Of a stretch of 64,000 nucleotides of DNA, positions 12,102 to 23,349 are shown one piece after another (position 1 is the stretch's first letter; each line of letters starts with the position of its first letter). Location of the stretch: NCBI RefSeq assembly GCF_006345805.1, contig NC_043016.1:4774001-4838000 (forward strand). The letters run 5' to 3'. The stretch comes from Octopus sinensis (lineage: Eukaryota). The notes beneath the pieces are model-generated. The model made no database searches. It was not told the DNA's origin and saw only the letters and a program-made list of their open reading frames with translations. Position numbers and translations under genes: made by a program.

Positions 12102-12103
<2 letters not shown>
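11847..12103 (+). mobile_element. Penelope-terminus-like element with 5' inverted duplication and hammerhead-like motif
   Basis: About 85-bp imperfect inverted arms; motif AGATAA-CCGAAGA-stem-GAAAC-TCAGA-GTT-TCATCT. Flanked by (TA)/(TG) tracts; homologue at 41020-41265. Confidence 0.6.
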
Positions 12104-12170
<67 letters not shown>

Positions 12171-12185
12171 GCGTGTGTGTGTAAA

Positions 12186-12390
12186 TATCTTTTACTTGTT
12201 TCAGTCATTTGACTGCGGCCATAGTGCGACACCGCTTTGAAGGGTTTTAGTCGAGCAAATGGGTCGCTGGACTTATTCTTTGCAAGCCTAGTACATATTT
12301 CATCGGTCTGTATGCTTAACCGCTAAGTTGCGGGAACGTAAACACACAAAAACCGATCGTCGAGCGGTGGGGGAAGACAAACTCAAACAC
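12186..12390 (-). mobile_element. SINE family C 3' half
   Basis: TTTTACTTGTTTCAGTCATTTGACTGCGGCCAT tail and 3' body. Confidence 0.8.
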
Positions 12391-12403
12391 AGAGATACAC
12401 ATA

Positions 12404-12619
12404 CTCTCTTTACTCTTTTACTTGTTTCAGTCATTTGACTGCGGCCATGCTGGAGCACCGCCTTTAGTCGAGCAAATCGACCCCAGGACTTAGTCTTTGT
12501 AAGCCTTGTACTTATTTCATCGGTCTCTTTGCCGAACCGCTAAGTTACGGGGACGTAAACACACCAGCATCGATTGTCAAGCGATGCTGGGGGACAAAAA
12601 TAAACACACACACACTATA

Positions 12620-12709
<90 letters not shown>

Positions 12710-12883
12710 CATTTATATATACGACAGGCTTCTTTCAGTTTCCGTCTACCAAATCCACTCACAAGGCTTTGGTCGGCCCGAGGCTATAGTAGAAGACACT
12801 TGCCAAAGGTGCCACGCAGTGGGACTGAACTGGGAACCATGTGGTTGGTAAGCAAGCTACTTACAACACAGCCATTCCTGCGC
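12404..12883 (-). mobile_element. SINE family C, full length, internal (CA)(TATC)n(TA) microsatellite
   Basis: Head, core, internal microsatellite at about 12604-12720, 3' body and octamer-repeat tail are all present. Confidence 0.92.
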
Positions 12884-12956
12884 GTGCGCATATATATGTG
12901 TGTGTGTGTACATATATATATATATATATATTATATATATAATTATATATATATTA

Positions 12957-13075
12957 TATATAGAAGGAGCTTCTACAGGACTAGAACTGTTTCATTCAAG
13001 AGAAATCATCAGGAAGCTCCTGATGATTTCTCTTAAATGAAACAGTTCTAGTCCTGTAGAAGCTCCTTCTATATA
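12957..13075. repeat. Near-perfect palindrome (57-bp arms, 1 mismatch, 5-nt loop) in (TA)n
   Basis: 12957-13013 is the reverse complement of 13019-13075 except at 12997/13035. Confidence 0.95.
12965..13021 (-). ncRNA. Type I hammerhead ribozyme motif
   Basis: Minus strand reads AGGAGCTTC-CTGATGA-TTTC TCTT GAAT-GAAA-CAG TTCTAGTC CTG-TA|GAAGCTCCT. That gives a 9-bp stem I, intact CUGAUGA/GAAA core, a short stem II with a U-U at its base, stem III ACAG/CUGU, and GUA cleavage between 12974 and 12973. Confidence 0.7.
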
Positions 13076-13146
13076 ATAAATTAATTTTAATCTGCTATGT
13101 ATTGAGTACCTTATTTACTGTGGTTAAACCCGAATCAACCCGGACC

Positions 13147-13198
<52 letters not shown>

Positions 13199-13199
13199 A

Positions 13200-13430
13200 A
13201 AATGTTAAACTGACGTATATCCAATTATGGCCAAATGCGTTTCTTTTTCAATATTTACTTTTGCTTGCAATAGCTGCTTTTTTGGTCAAACTATCGTGTC
13301 TACAGCTTCTTCAGATGCTAAGATATTAAAAATTGTTAAAATGCAGTATAAAGATTTTGCTATGGAATGGTGAAACTATTTTTTCGTTTTCTGAAAAAGT
13401 AACGTTTTGGACTTACAACAATTTTGCATA
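13200..13430. repeat. Unclassified interspersed repeat; inverted homologue at 31440-31655
   Basis: AATGTTAAACTGACGTATATCCAA...GCTATGGAATGGTGAAACTATTTTTTCGTTTTCTGAAAA matches the reverse complement of 31440-31655. Confidence 0.7.
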
Positions 13431-13564
13431 ATGGCAACGATATGTCTATATATATATATATATATATACAGGGAAAGTTTACGAAAATAAACAAAAGACG
13501 AAGGCAGCTGGTGTACAAACAACAAATGTATTAGTATATGTATATGTATATATATGATAATAAT

Positions 13565-13847
13565 AGCAACATTCTGTTGTGTCTAGGGAGAGTCATTTTC
13601 TTTTTGTGCCTTATAAAATTTTTCCACTTTTTTTTTATACTTTATTTTCTTAAAATTTTCGTTGCGTCTAGCAAACCTTTTCACTAGTTTGAATAGTTCA
13701 AGAGTCAAGGCTATTGAAAAGGCTGCAAGACACAACGAAAATTATGGAAAATAAAAACAAGAAATAAGTGGAAATTTTACCGGTGAATGTGTTATATTAT
13801 AAGGCACAAAAAGAAAATGACTTTCCCCAGACACAACAGAAAATGCT
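13565..13847. repeat. Imperfect fold-back of about 280 bp
   Basis: TTCTGTTGTGTCTAGGGAGAGTCATTTTCTTTTTGTGCCTTATAA pairs with TTATAAGGCACAAAAAGAAAATGACTTTCCCCAGACACAACAGAA; inner pairs include CCTTTTCA/TGAAAAGG. Confidence 0.8.
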
Positions 13848-13912
13848 TCAACACACGAACTCATATAAAGAATCTTGCAAACCAAATCAAAAAACGAAAT
13901 ATAATAGCAACA

Positions 13913-13943
<31 letters not shown>

Positions 13944-13957
13944 TGTATGTATGTATG

Positions 13958-13989
<32 letters not shown>

Positions 13990-13991
<2 letters not shown>

Positions 13992-14435
13992 CTTGTACTT
14001 GTAACGACATTTACTCTGGGCGGGTTGAGTCGGCTTCTTCTACCACCGTCGAGGCATCTCGAACCATGGCAGCCCACGCACGACGGTCCTGCGCCAGTTC
14101 ACTGGAGATTGCGAGCCAGTCACGGTTCCATCAGCGCAGGCCGACCACCTGCGGTCCCGTGAGCACAGAGAGGTCCTCCTTAATCGTTGTAACCCAGGTC
14201 TTCAGCTGCCCGACCGCGTGTTTCCGCCAGTTGGGAAGTGAAGTTGGGAGAAGGACATCACGGCTCAGTTCACCCACCGGACGCCTACATGCTTGGCCAA
14301 ACCACCGCAAGCGCCGTTGCAGAAGGACAGATGGAAGGGGCCGCAGAGACAGGCGAAGTCAGAGATTGTTGGGGACCGCTTGTGAAATCCACATATTCCC
14401 ACGAAACTTCTTCCATGAATTCTCAATCGATATCT
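13990..14435 (-). mobile_element. 5'-truncated GC-rich RTE LINE 3' end
   Basis: Minus frame reads LQRRLRWFGQACRRPVGE...GQLKTWVTTIKEDL...ELAQDRRAWAAMVRD with one stop; (CAAGTA)n tail. Confidence 0.8.
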
Positions 14436-14469
14436 ATATATATAATAAAATATATACTATATATATACA

Positions 14470-14630
14470 CACGGTACTCCATTTCTCGTCTCCCAAATCC
14501 ACTCACAAGGTTATGGTCCGCCCGAGGTTATAGTTGAAGACACTTGCCCAAGGTGATGCGCCATGGGACTGATCTTAGGACCATGTGGTTGGGAAGTAAA
14601 CTTCTTACCACACAGCCACGTCTACGCCTG
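14470..14630 (-). mobile_element. SINE family C 5' half
   Basis: CCAAATCCACTCACAAGG...GAAGACACTTGCCCAAGG...ACCACACAGCCAC. Confidence 0.8.
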
Positions 14631-14707
<77 letters not shown>

Positions 14708-14759
14708 CTAACTATCTATCTATTTATCTATGTCTATCTGTCTGTGTGTGTGTGTGTGT

Positions 14760-14791
<32 letters not shown>

Positions 14792-16254
14792 ACTCTAACA
14801 GTGTATCATTTCAGTATCTAGTCATTAGTGACGACCATTGCTGACTGCATATAGATCTGTTCTTCAGGCAACAAATTAGGAGTATTTAAGAGTCGAATGA
14901 TATACTTTGCACCATTTGTTCCGCTTTCTTGCGTTTAAAGTTCATACCCGCTGAAGTCAACTTTGGCTTTCCACTTTCTGCGGTCGATAAATACACCAAC
15001 AACCCAAGTGATGATTGACTGAATTGTTTGAACATCGTATGTGATATTTATTGATATTTGTTTTGGCTCCTTGTGTTCGAATTTCTAATTGTTTCGTAGC
15101 ATATGATCTTTTTATTTAGTCGCCAGGATTAACAAGCACAAATCTGGATGCCTTTAGAGGTGTGCCCTGTGTTGTAAGCATTGAGGACATGACTCCGGTT
15201 TGATGACACCTTTTTTCGCTTCCACCAGAACCGGTAGAAGGGAGGATCAATTGGGCTGCCTATTCTTCCAATGAATAATCGATAAAAATATACCATGAAG
15301 ACCATTGCTATATAAAAGTTTATCAAACTGGCTTAGCTGATACTTCACTTCTCCGTTCGTCATAATTAACATTATGAGAGCACATATGGCAACAGATTTA
15401 CACACAAGATTTTCCTTGGGCAAGGAAAGATTGGCGGTTTTCCACTCCGTAGTGGCTATGGCAAAAATATCGTATGGTATTCACGAATGAAAACGATTGA
15501 ATAAATATGTCTAACCCTTAACTCCTTATCACTTAAAAAGATTGTGAAGGGGACTTTGACGAAAAGTTGCTATAGGTAGAGAGTAAAACCTGGTTGAACT
15601 CTGAATGTGCGGATGAAAATTCAGGTAACAACTGGCAGACAGTTTATTTTTTGGTTCTGTTCTCAAGGTATTCCAGGATTTGTAGAGTTCTCTAATTAGC
15701 AATTAGCTCTAGGAAGCTGCTATCTCTCAATGCATAGATTGTAGTAGCACATCTCTTCATTCCCCACTTGTATCATTCCCTCTATTGTGTGTGTTTATTC
15801 TGTAGTGTTCCTCATCATTTGCTCTTGCGCTAAAATAAAATAAATAAGACACATTATTATGGGTGTAAGTGACGATGTTTGAAAATCGAAGAAGCCTCTT
15901 CCGAATGGATGACTGGCTGGGGATTATGAACAAATTTCAGAATTGTCATTTGCTTTGGCAGTGTTACCGGATGGTAGGCAAAATATAACCTGCTGGTACC
16001 GTAGGCTGAGCACCAATGAAATGCGAAAATTAAAAAGAGAAGGTATTTTCCTTTGACAGTTAGGGTTCCAGGTTTAACTCTCAGTTGTTCTCCGCCACTG
16101 GGAACCGTTTTACCGTTATTTTTCTCTACATTATGAAACAAAAGAAAATTTATTTTTATCGAATCGGAGGGATGAAAAGCGTCATGATTCCATAGACGTA
16201 ACTTTAACTTTCTTTCCCCCAGGGTCAGTAAATTGAAGTATCAGCCTAGTGTTA

Positions 16255-16552
16255 TTTTTGTTGTTTGTTCCTTCTCGAGCCATGCCTGGCTCATAAGGGC
16301 CTGTTTAGCGTATAGGTTCCCCACCTGAACGGGACGCCGGTCCGTCGCAGGTGAGCTGCAAAGTGCAGGAAGAAAGAGTGAGAGAAAGTAGTGGCGAAAG
16401 AATCAGCAGAAGTTTCGCCATTACCTTCTGCCGGAGCCGCGTGGAGCTTAAGTGTTTCGCTCATAAACACACACATCGCCCGGTCTGAGATTCGAACTCG
16501 CGATCCCTCGACCGCGAGTCTGCTGCTCTAACCACGAGGCCATGTGCCTCCC
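16255..16552 (-). mobile_element. tRNA-derived SINE family F with 13-bp TSD, nested in an old family B copy (about 16190-16650)
   Basis: Head GGCCTCGTGGTTAGAGC...GAGTTCGAATCTC; TSD CAGCCTAGTGTTA (16242-16254) and CAGCCTAGTGCTA (16553-16565). Confidence 0.88.
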
Positions 16553-16964
16553 CAGCCTAGTGCTAGGCTCCATGATATCGACTTTGTCTCCTCTCACACG
16601 ACCAACAGTTTTGAAACTGCTGGCTTTGTGTCAAAATTTGAAAGAATTATTGTCGCTGAAGTCGACCTTGCCTTTTGACATTCTGGGGTTCGTAAAATAA
16701 ATAACAGTTGAACATCGGGATCGATGTAATCGACTTACAAAATGTCAGGCCTTGTGCCTCTAGTAGAAAGAAAAACTATTATTATTATCATTATGATGAT
16801 GACAACGATGACGATGTTGATGATAATAATGCTGCTGTAGATAATTCTCTCTTTAAAAGTTACTTTTTATAAAGTTTGTTATTATTCTAATTAGTCAAGG
16901 CGCATTTAAAACTAGAATTGTCAAAATAGTTTTTAGCGTTCAGTGTAATCTCTCTCTCTCTCAA

Positions 16965-16995
<31 letters not shown>

Positions 16996-17101
16996 ATGTA
17001 TATATATATATATATCCGTCTGTTTGTGTCTATCTATCATTTATCTCTTTTTGGTTCGTTCTCTCTCTCTCTCTCTCTCTCACCCTCTCTCTCTCTCTCC
17101 C

Positions 17102-17171
<70 letters not shown>

Positions 17172-17477
17172 CCGTCTGTTTGTCTATCTATCTATTTATC
17201 TCTGTCTGTTTGGTTCGTTCTCTCTCTCTCTCGCTCTCTCTCTCTCTCTATGTATACACACACACACTCACACACACGTGTGCACGCACACATTGACAGC
17301 CACACTCACATTCACACATGCTTCATAACTTCATTCAATCTCCTTTTTATTTCTCGTGGTAACGATTTTTCTCTAATTTAGCGCAAAGTCATTGTTATTG
17401 TAAAACATATTTTTTCCTAAATAGCTTTGCTGTTTAAAAGACATATTGATTTATTTTATGGCTCTCATGTTCAAGTT

Positions 17478-17898
17478 TTATTATTATTTTTTCTTCTTCT
17501 TTCAAATTTGCTTCCATTTCTTGCCGAGTGTCTTCCCGACTCCTAGGGCAAAGAAACTCATAGTATACATTGGTAGGCCATTAAACTAAACTCAATAGTT
17601 CATTCATTTATTATTATTTTTTTTTTAAAGTTAAATTAAAATACATGGGTAGTAATAGTTCTCACATCGACAATGCTCTTCTCAATACGTGTGATGTACC
17701 AGTTAAGACAATCTTTTGCACTTCTTGCAGGGATGGTAAGCCTGGGATCATTCTCATATAATTTTCGGTTCCCTTCTTGATCATTCCTAGTGCTCCTACG
17801 ATCACTGGTATTGTAACCGCCTTGAGATGCCACATTTTCTCAATTTCAATGAGCAGGTCTTTATAGTTTCTGAGCTTGTCAAATTCTTTCGCCGAGAT
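17478..17898 (-). mobile_element. 5'-truncated R4/Dong-type non-LTR element (restriction-like endonuclease C-terminus plus 3' UTR)
   Basis: Uninterrupted 78-aa frame 17898-17662: ISAKEFDKLRNYKDLLIEIEKMWHLKAVTIPVIVGALGMIKK...QEVQKIVLTGTSHVLRRALSM*. TAA repeats on both sides. Confidence 0.85.
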
Positions 17899-17913
17899 TA
17901 TTATTATTTATTA

Positions 17914-17957
<44 letters not shown>

Positions 17958-18218
17958 TATCGTTGTTGTTTTTCTTGCTGCTGTTGTTGTTGAGGCAGCG
18001 AAATTGCAGAATCTTTAGCGCATCGCAGAAAAGGCCTAACAACATCCCCCACTCCTCTCTACGCTCATCAAAGTTGGTTTTACCCTCTGTCCTTAGGAGT
18101 CGATAAAATACAATGCTAGACGAGTACCGAGTGTATTAAATCGACTAACCTTCTACTAGTAAAATTCTGCCCTGATGCCAAAGTTTGAATCTATTATTAT
18201 TATTATTATTATTATTAT

Positions 18219-18682
18219 TACTGAGTGAGAGAGCAGTGCATGCCATCAAAGTGACACTGGGGTAAAATATACGAAGCCCAGTATACTCATCATGACTACC
18301 CGTCTGATAGGGGTACACCAGGCAATGAATCACAACCATATGTGCGTGACATGGTGATATCGTATCAAGATAAACAGTACATGACCTTGCAGTTGGGGCC
18401 CAGTTAGACGGTTCTTCTGGTCGAGTAGCTTATCCCGCTCAAAAACTCCCTGAATAAGGATTGTTTAAGGATGTTGAACGAAACACCCGTATTTCCAGAG
18501 GTGAATTATCCAAACCCCAAAGAATCCCTCTCAACACATGGCTATGATGCTCCCCCATTACTTCTGCTCGTGATCAGAGATGCACATATCGTCAGCCACC
18601 AAGGGACATGCTCAACTGGTTATGGTCAAACAACTGACAAGCAAATCTGTGGTGTGGAGCAGAATATCTGCTATAGCCCATC

Positions 18683-18684
<2 letters not shown>
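18219..18684 (-). mobile_element. Non-coding interspersed element embedded in (TAA)n
   Basis: Unique-complexity 465-bp block bounded by (TAT)n at 18190-18218 and 18685-18716. Confidence 0.55.
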
Positions 18685-18716
<32 letters not shown>

Positions 18717-19449
18717 GAGAGAGTAAACTTACAGAATCGTTAGAGCTCAAATTCTGCCGAAGTCAACTGTGCCTTACATCCTTTGGGGCGGATAAAATAA
18801 AATACCAGTGAAGTATGATATAATCGACTAACCTTTTCCCCTAAAATTGCTGGCCTCGCGCCAAAATTTGAATGCAAGAGCAAGACATCGTTTTGGAGCT
18901 CGTAAGTTGTTACTGATATTGTTTTTGCTTGTAGAAAGTGATATTCGTTTTTGCTGCACCATTTTGTTATTAAGCCAACCAGTATCATCTGAGAATTGTT
19001 GGCTATTTGAAATTTTTGATTTTTGTAGCGGAGTTACGTTTTCTTTTTCAAAAGAGCAATACGGCTTCGCACATTCAGAAGGTAGTTAGCCGTTCCAGTA
19101 GCCAATACCGACCAATATATTACTAATATCCCACTTTACAACATGGTAGCAGAAAATGTATGAACAACAATAATATAACAACAACAATCTCGATGAAAAC
19201 AACACAAAGGAAAAAACGTGAGAAATAATTTCACTACAACCACTCCTACCCTCACTAGTGCCGACCGAAACAACAGCAAGAATAATGAGCATGAAAAACA
19301 GAAACAAGGACAACCAAATTACGAATTCAACAGGGTTTAAAATTCCATCCCCACCACCACCACCTCCTCCTCCATCATCACCACTGTCATTAACTGCAAC
19401 ACAAATATAAATCAAGACAGTTACCGGGTTCGCAAACAACTTACAACAA

Positions 19450-22400
19450 GAATGAGTAGTTAAAGTAACGTCTCATAGACTCCAAGTACTAAAACATTTT
19501 ACACGAGAATCAGACGAAATGAAGAATTAAGTATTCCAGAACCTATACTGCATGAGACCAATCTGAAATATTCCTACAGAACAATAGGAATAAAAATCCG
19601 AAAATGCGATAGGACAGCAAATAGAAAAGTATCTCAGACTGACCTGGGCCACCAAAATGTATGTCACTGGGGAGAAAAATAAAGTAGGGAAGGGGTGATA
19701 TTACCGAATGAGGCAAGGAAGCACTCCACAACACCACCAAGGAAGGACGAACTGGTATTCATACCAATCTACTTTGGCCGTAGGGTAGTAAGGATAAAGA
19801 TTGTCGGTGTGCCCTCAGAAGTAAACATCTGCTAGTTAGTAGTGGTCCTCTTCGCCACAGTGCCTCTCCCTCTTAGAAGTATTCAGACGTCATGTGGCGA
19901 AGGGCGATGGAGGAAAAAAAGACAAATGGCAAAAAGTAACAACACAATAAAAAGAAAAACAGGAAAGAGAAAAATCATGCCAACAGAAAAAAGCTGGGTG
20001 GTGCCAGCGGACGGAAGAAAACCATCTACAACAACAACTCCAATACTAATAACATCACCATCACAATCACCACAACCATCATCACAAACCCAGCGAAACT
20101 CATTATACACCAAAACCAAGGACAACTGCTAAGAAACAAATTATGCTGCTTTAAATACAAACATAGAATTAATGAAACATATACGTCAACACCGAGACAT
20201 TACTCAGAATTATTTCATCACGTCAACAAATAGCAAACCAACACACAAAAATTATCCAAACATCTCAAAACATAATGCCATAATAAAAAGAAACAAATAT
20301 CTTGACGGAATAAGAAACTTCGGAGGGTATGTCAATAAAAAGAACTTTGTGGAAACAACCACAACAGCTGCCCTTCCAAAGAAATAAGGTTGGTGGTCCT
20401 TTCTCGTTTTCCACTTCTGTCGAAAATAGCCTTATTCAGAATGGGCAGCGTAAAATCACGTGGTCTTGGGTCTCTTGGAAGCAAGACACTAAATATAGAT
20501 GTGGTGGCAATCAGCAAGTCCAGAGTTTCTGATTTACATACCTTCATACACTATTTTGGTGCATGCTAAATGTATTAATTTCCATGTCATCCGGAATAGG
20601 AGGAAAGAGCTGGTTCAGGAGAGTCAGGATCTCACAATACGAGTCTTCTTCTTGCAACCAAACGGTAACTGAGAGCTGTAGCAAAGGGGTTCCCTTAAGA
20701 CTAGTAGCAGCATGTATTCCGACAGGGTCGGAACAGCCAAATTTCTGCAGGTGTCTGGAAGTTTACCTCGGAAAGTTCTACTTTGTAGTGTTGCAAGTGA
20801 CAAGATATGATCTTTAATGCATGCATGGATTATTCGTGGGTGGGAATTGATAGGCAAAAGCGTCGCAAACTTGCTCAAATGTTTCCAACTGTCTACAGGT
20901 ATTCACTGAATTTCCTTAATCTGCCAACGCGGACATAGACATATTGGTTTGGTCCATCCAGATCGTTTCTAGACAGAACATTCTATAGACTAGCAGATGG
21001 GAGTAGCATAGGTTGTCCACATTTTAAAATCGTTGGCTTACACAGACTACAAATTTGTGATCTGTACGATCAAGTAGTCTTCGTTGGCAGAGATTGGATT
21101 ACTGGAAGCGGAACGCATCGATTTCAACACTCCAAGCTTACGGTGATTGGATTCGTTAATTAGAAAAGAACAATTAGAATAGAATCGATAGTGTTCAGTA
21201 TGACAGCAACAATAAAGAAAGCTAATTAGAGGGAGGCTTATAACCTTAGAACAGGTGCTTAGGAATGGCATTGCAATTGGCGTGTTCCTGGCCAGATTGG
21301 CATTCAGCCAATTTTTAAAGTTGTTCGACGGGTCCGAGTGGCAGAGGTGCAATGTGGCAACAAAGTTACAATTCGTTATGATAGTTTTAATAGGCGTTAA
21401 TTAATCAAGACCAAGGCAGATGTATAAGGCTTTTCGGCAGCATTTCGATCAGCTGTCAGGAACGAGTAGTGGGCCAGAACTCTGGTTGGATTTCAATACC
21501 TTCCACGACAGCCCGCCACAACTCTTGAGAAGAAAGGCGGGGTATGAAGAAAAGCCCATAATAATCAAAGAAATGCGGGAAGTAATTGTTCGTTGCACGG
21601 AAGAAAATCACCTGGCTTGAATGATCTGTTCAATGAATTTTGCTTTTATATCCGATACCGCACAGAGAGAGTAGGTAGGGAACCTGGCAAGAGTAGGACT
21701 CTGATAAACGCAGATAAATCAGAAGCATTCGATAAGGTCGATTACCAATATTTGGTGGATGCTGAGATCGCAGCCGGTTTTCTTCTCACCTTCCGCGGCT
21801 GAGTTGCAGCAATGTACAACACAATGTACAGCGACATCTGCTGGTTGATTAGACTGAATAGCTACATATGGTAACCGTTCAGTATCATACAATCTGTCTC
21901 GTCTCTTCTGTATGCAGTGACTCTTGAGGAAACTAAAGACAGTGAGAGGCATCCGGTGCCAACCAAGATTATGGAAGAAGAATTGTGTCGGTGCTACGCG
22001 AATGATACCACTGTCATAGTATCGAATAGTAAGCTTGTTGAGATAATCGGTACTGCTCCAAGGGATTACGAGGCGGTGTCAAGAGCAAAGACCAACCAAG
22101 AATTCGGCAGATCAGCACGTGGTGGGGCTGGTCCACGACGTCTAATAGTGTGGTAAGCGGTGGACGGCCGGATAAATTGGTAGGGGTCCATTTTGGTTCA
22201 GACCTCCCAGTGGTAAATAACTGGAACTAAGTGATGTGTTGGCACCCATCCCGACTAGAAATACTCCGACAGAAAGCTATCCTGAAACGTCGGGCAAAAG
22301 TGGCGAACACATACATCGCCACCACCATATATTACCACCTGACCGTCATTTAAGTCCATCTTTTCTATGGCCCGAAGGAACAGGCAGTTTTCATCTGTCG

Positions 22401-22920
22401 GATGGCTTTGTCAAAAAGATTGTCTTGTAGACCAGGCTGATGGGATTGAAGACAGACACGTACGTCTTCGGCCAAGCACTCATTAACTTTTTAAAATTTT
22501 TCCTTGAAAAAGAAAGTGAGGCATTTAAAGAGAATTACTACATCTCTCAGCAAATTTGATGAAATATGGATGAGAGAAGCAAGAGTGGCCCGGCTGAACC
22601 GGTTTTCTTCTTAATAGGAGTCTGTAGATTGATGGAGGAGGCTGGGAAGAGGCACCTAGTGAACTTGGTGACAGTAATTTTATGGTATTTCCAAGAGCAG
22701 CTCTCAAAAGTCGAACACCTTTTGAGGAATTATTTGCCTGAATTTGTTAGGTTTTTAACTGTCATTTTACTGTTTACACACTTTTACGTGGATTTATGCC
22801 AAACGACTTCTATCTCCTATAGGACGAATTTGGCCGTCAATTAAGTTCATTGCATGGTATTGTGTTGTCCTGTACTGCCCTCATCTTTTTGTAAAGTTTT
22901 TGTGGTTAAATAAAGAAAAC
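19450..22920 (+). mobile_element. Degenerate L1/Tx1-type LINE with internal deletions
   Basis: APE-like segments LRLVAACIP (about 20700), SRSFLDR (about 20960) and YWKRNAS; RT-like KSPGLN, ADKSEAFDKVDYQYL (about 21720) and CYANDTTVIV (about 21995); AATAAA at 22909. Many stops and frameshifts; 5' boundary uncertain. Confidence 0.75.
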
Positions 22921-22938
22921 ATTATCATTATCATTATA

Positions 22939-23348
22939 AAGGTGGCGAGCTGGCAGAATCGTTAGCACGCTGGGCAAAATGCTTAGAGGTATTTCGCCCG
23001 TCTTCATGCTCTGTGTTCAAATTCCATTAAGGTCGATTATGCCTTTCATCTTTCGGGGGTCGATGAAAAATGTACCAGTCGCATACTGGGGTCAATATAA
23101 ATGACTATCCTCCTCCCCCACTTTCAGGCCTTGTGCCTTTAGTAGAAAGGATTATGAAGGCGGCGAGCTGGCAGAAACGTTAGCACGCCGGGCGAAATGC
23201 TTTGCGGTATTTCGTCTGCCGTTACGTTATGAGTTCAAATTCCGCCGAGGTTGACTTTGCCATTCATCCTTTCGGGGTCGATTAAATAAGTACCAGTTAC
23301 GCACTGGGGTCGATATAATCGACTCAATCCGTTTGTCTGTCCTTGTTT
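22939..23348 (+). mobile_element. Tandem SINE B (22939-23153) and SINE A (23158-23348, tail truncated)
   Basis: Two successive heads, GGCGAGCTGGCAGAATCG and GGCGAGCTGGCAGAAACG. Confidence 0.85.
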
Positions 23349-23349
23349 A

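Noticed and set aside
16480-16552. tRNA gene
   Set aside because: It has A/B boxes but no closed acceptor stem, continues into a SINE body, and is flanked by a TSD. The same holds for the other SINE heads.
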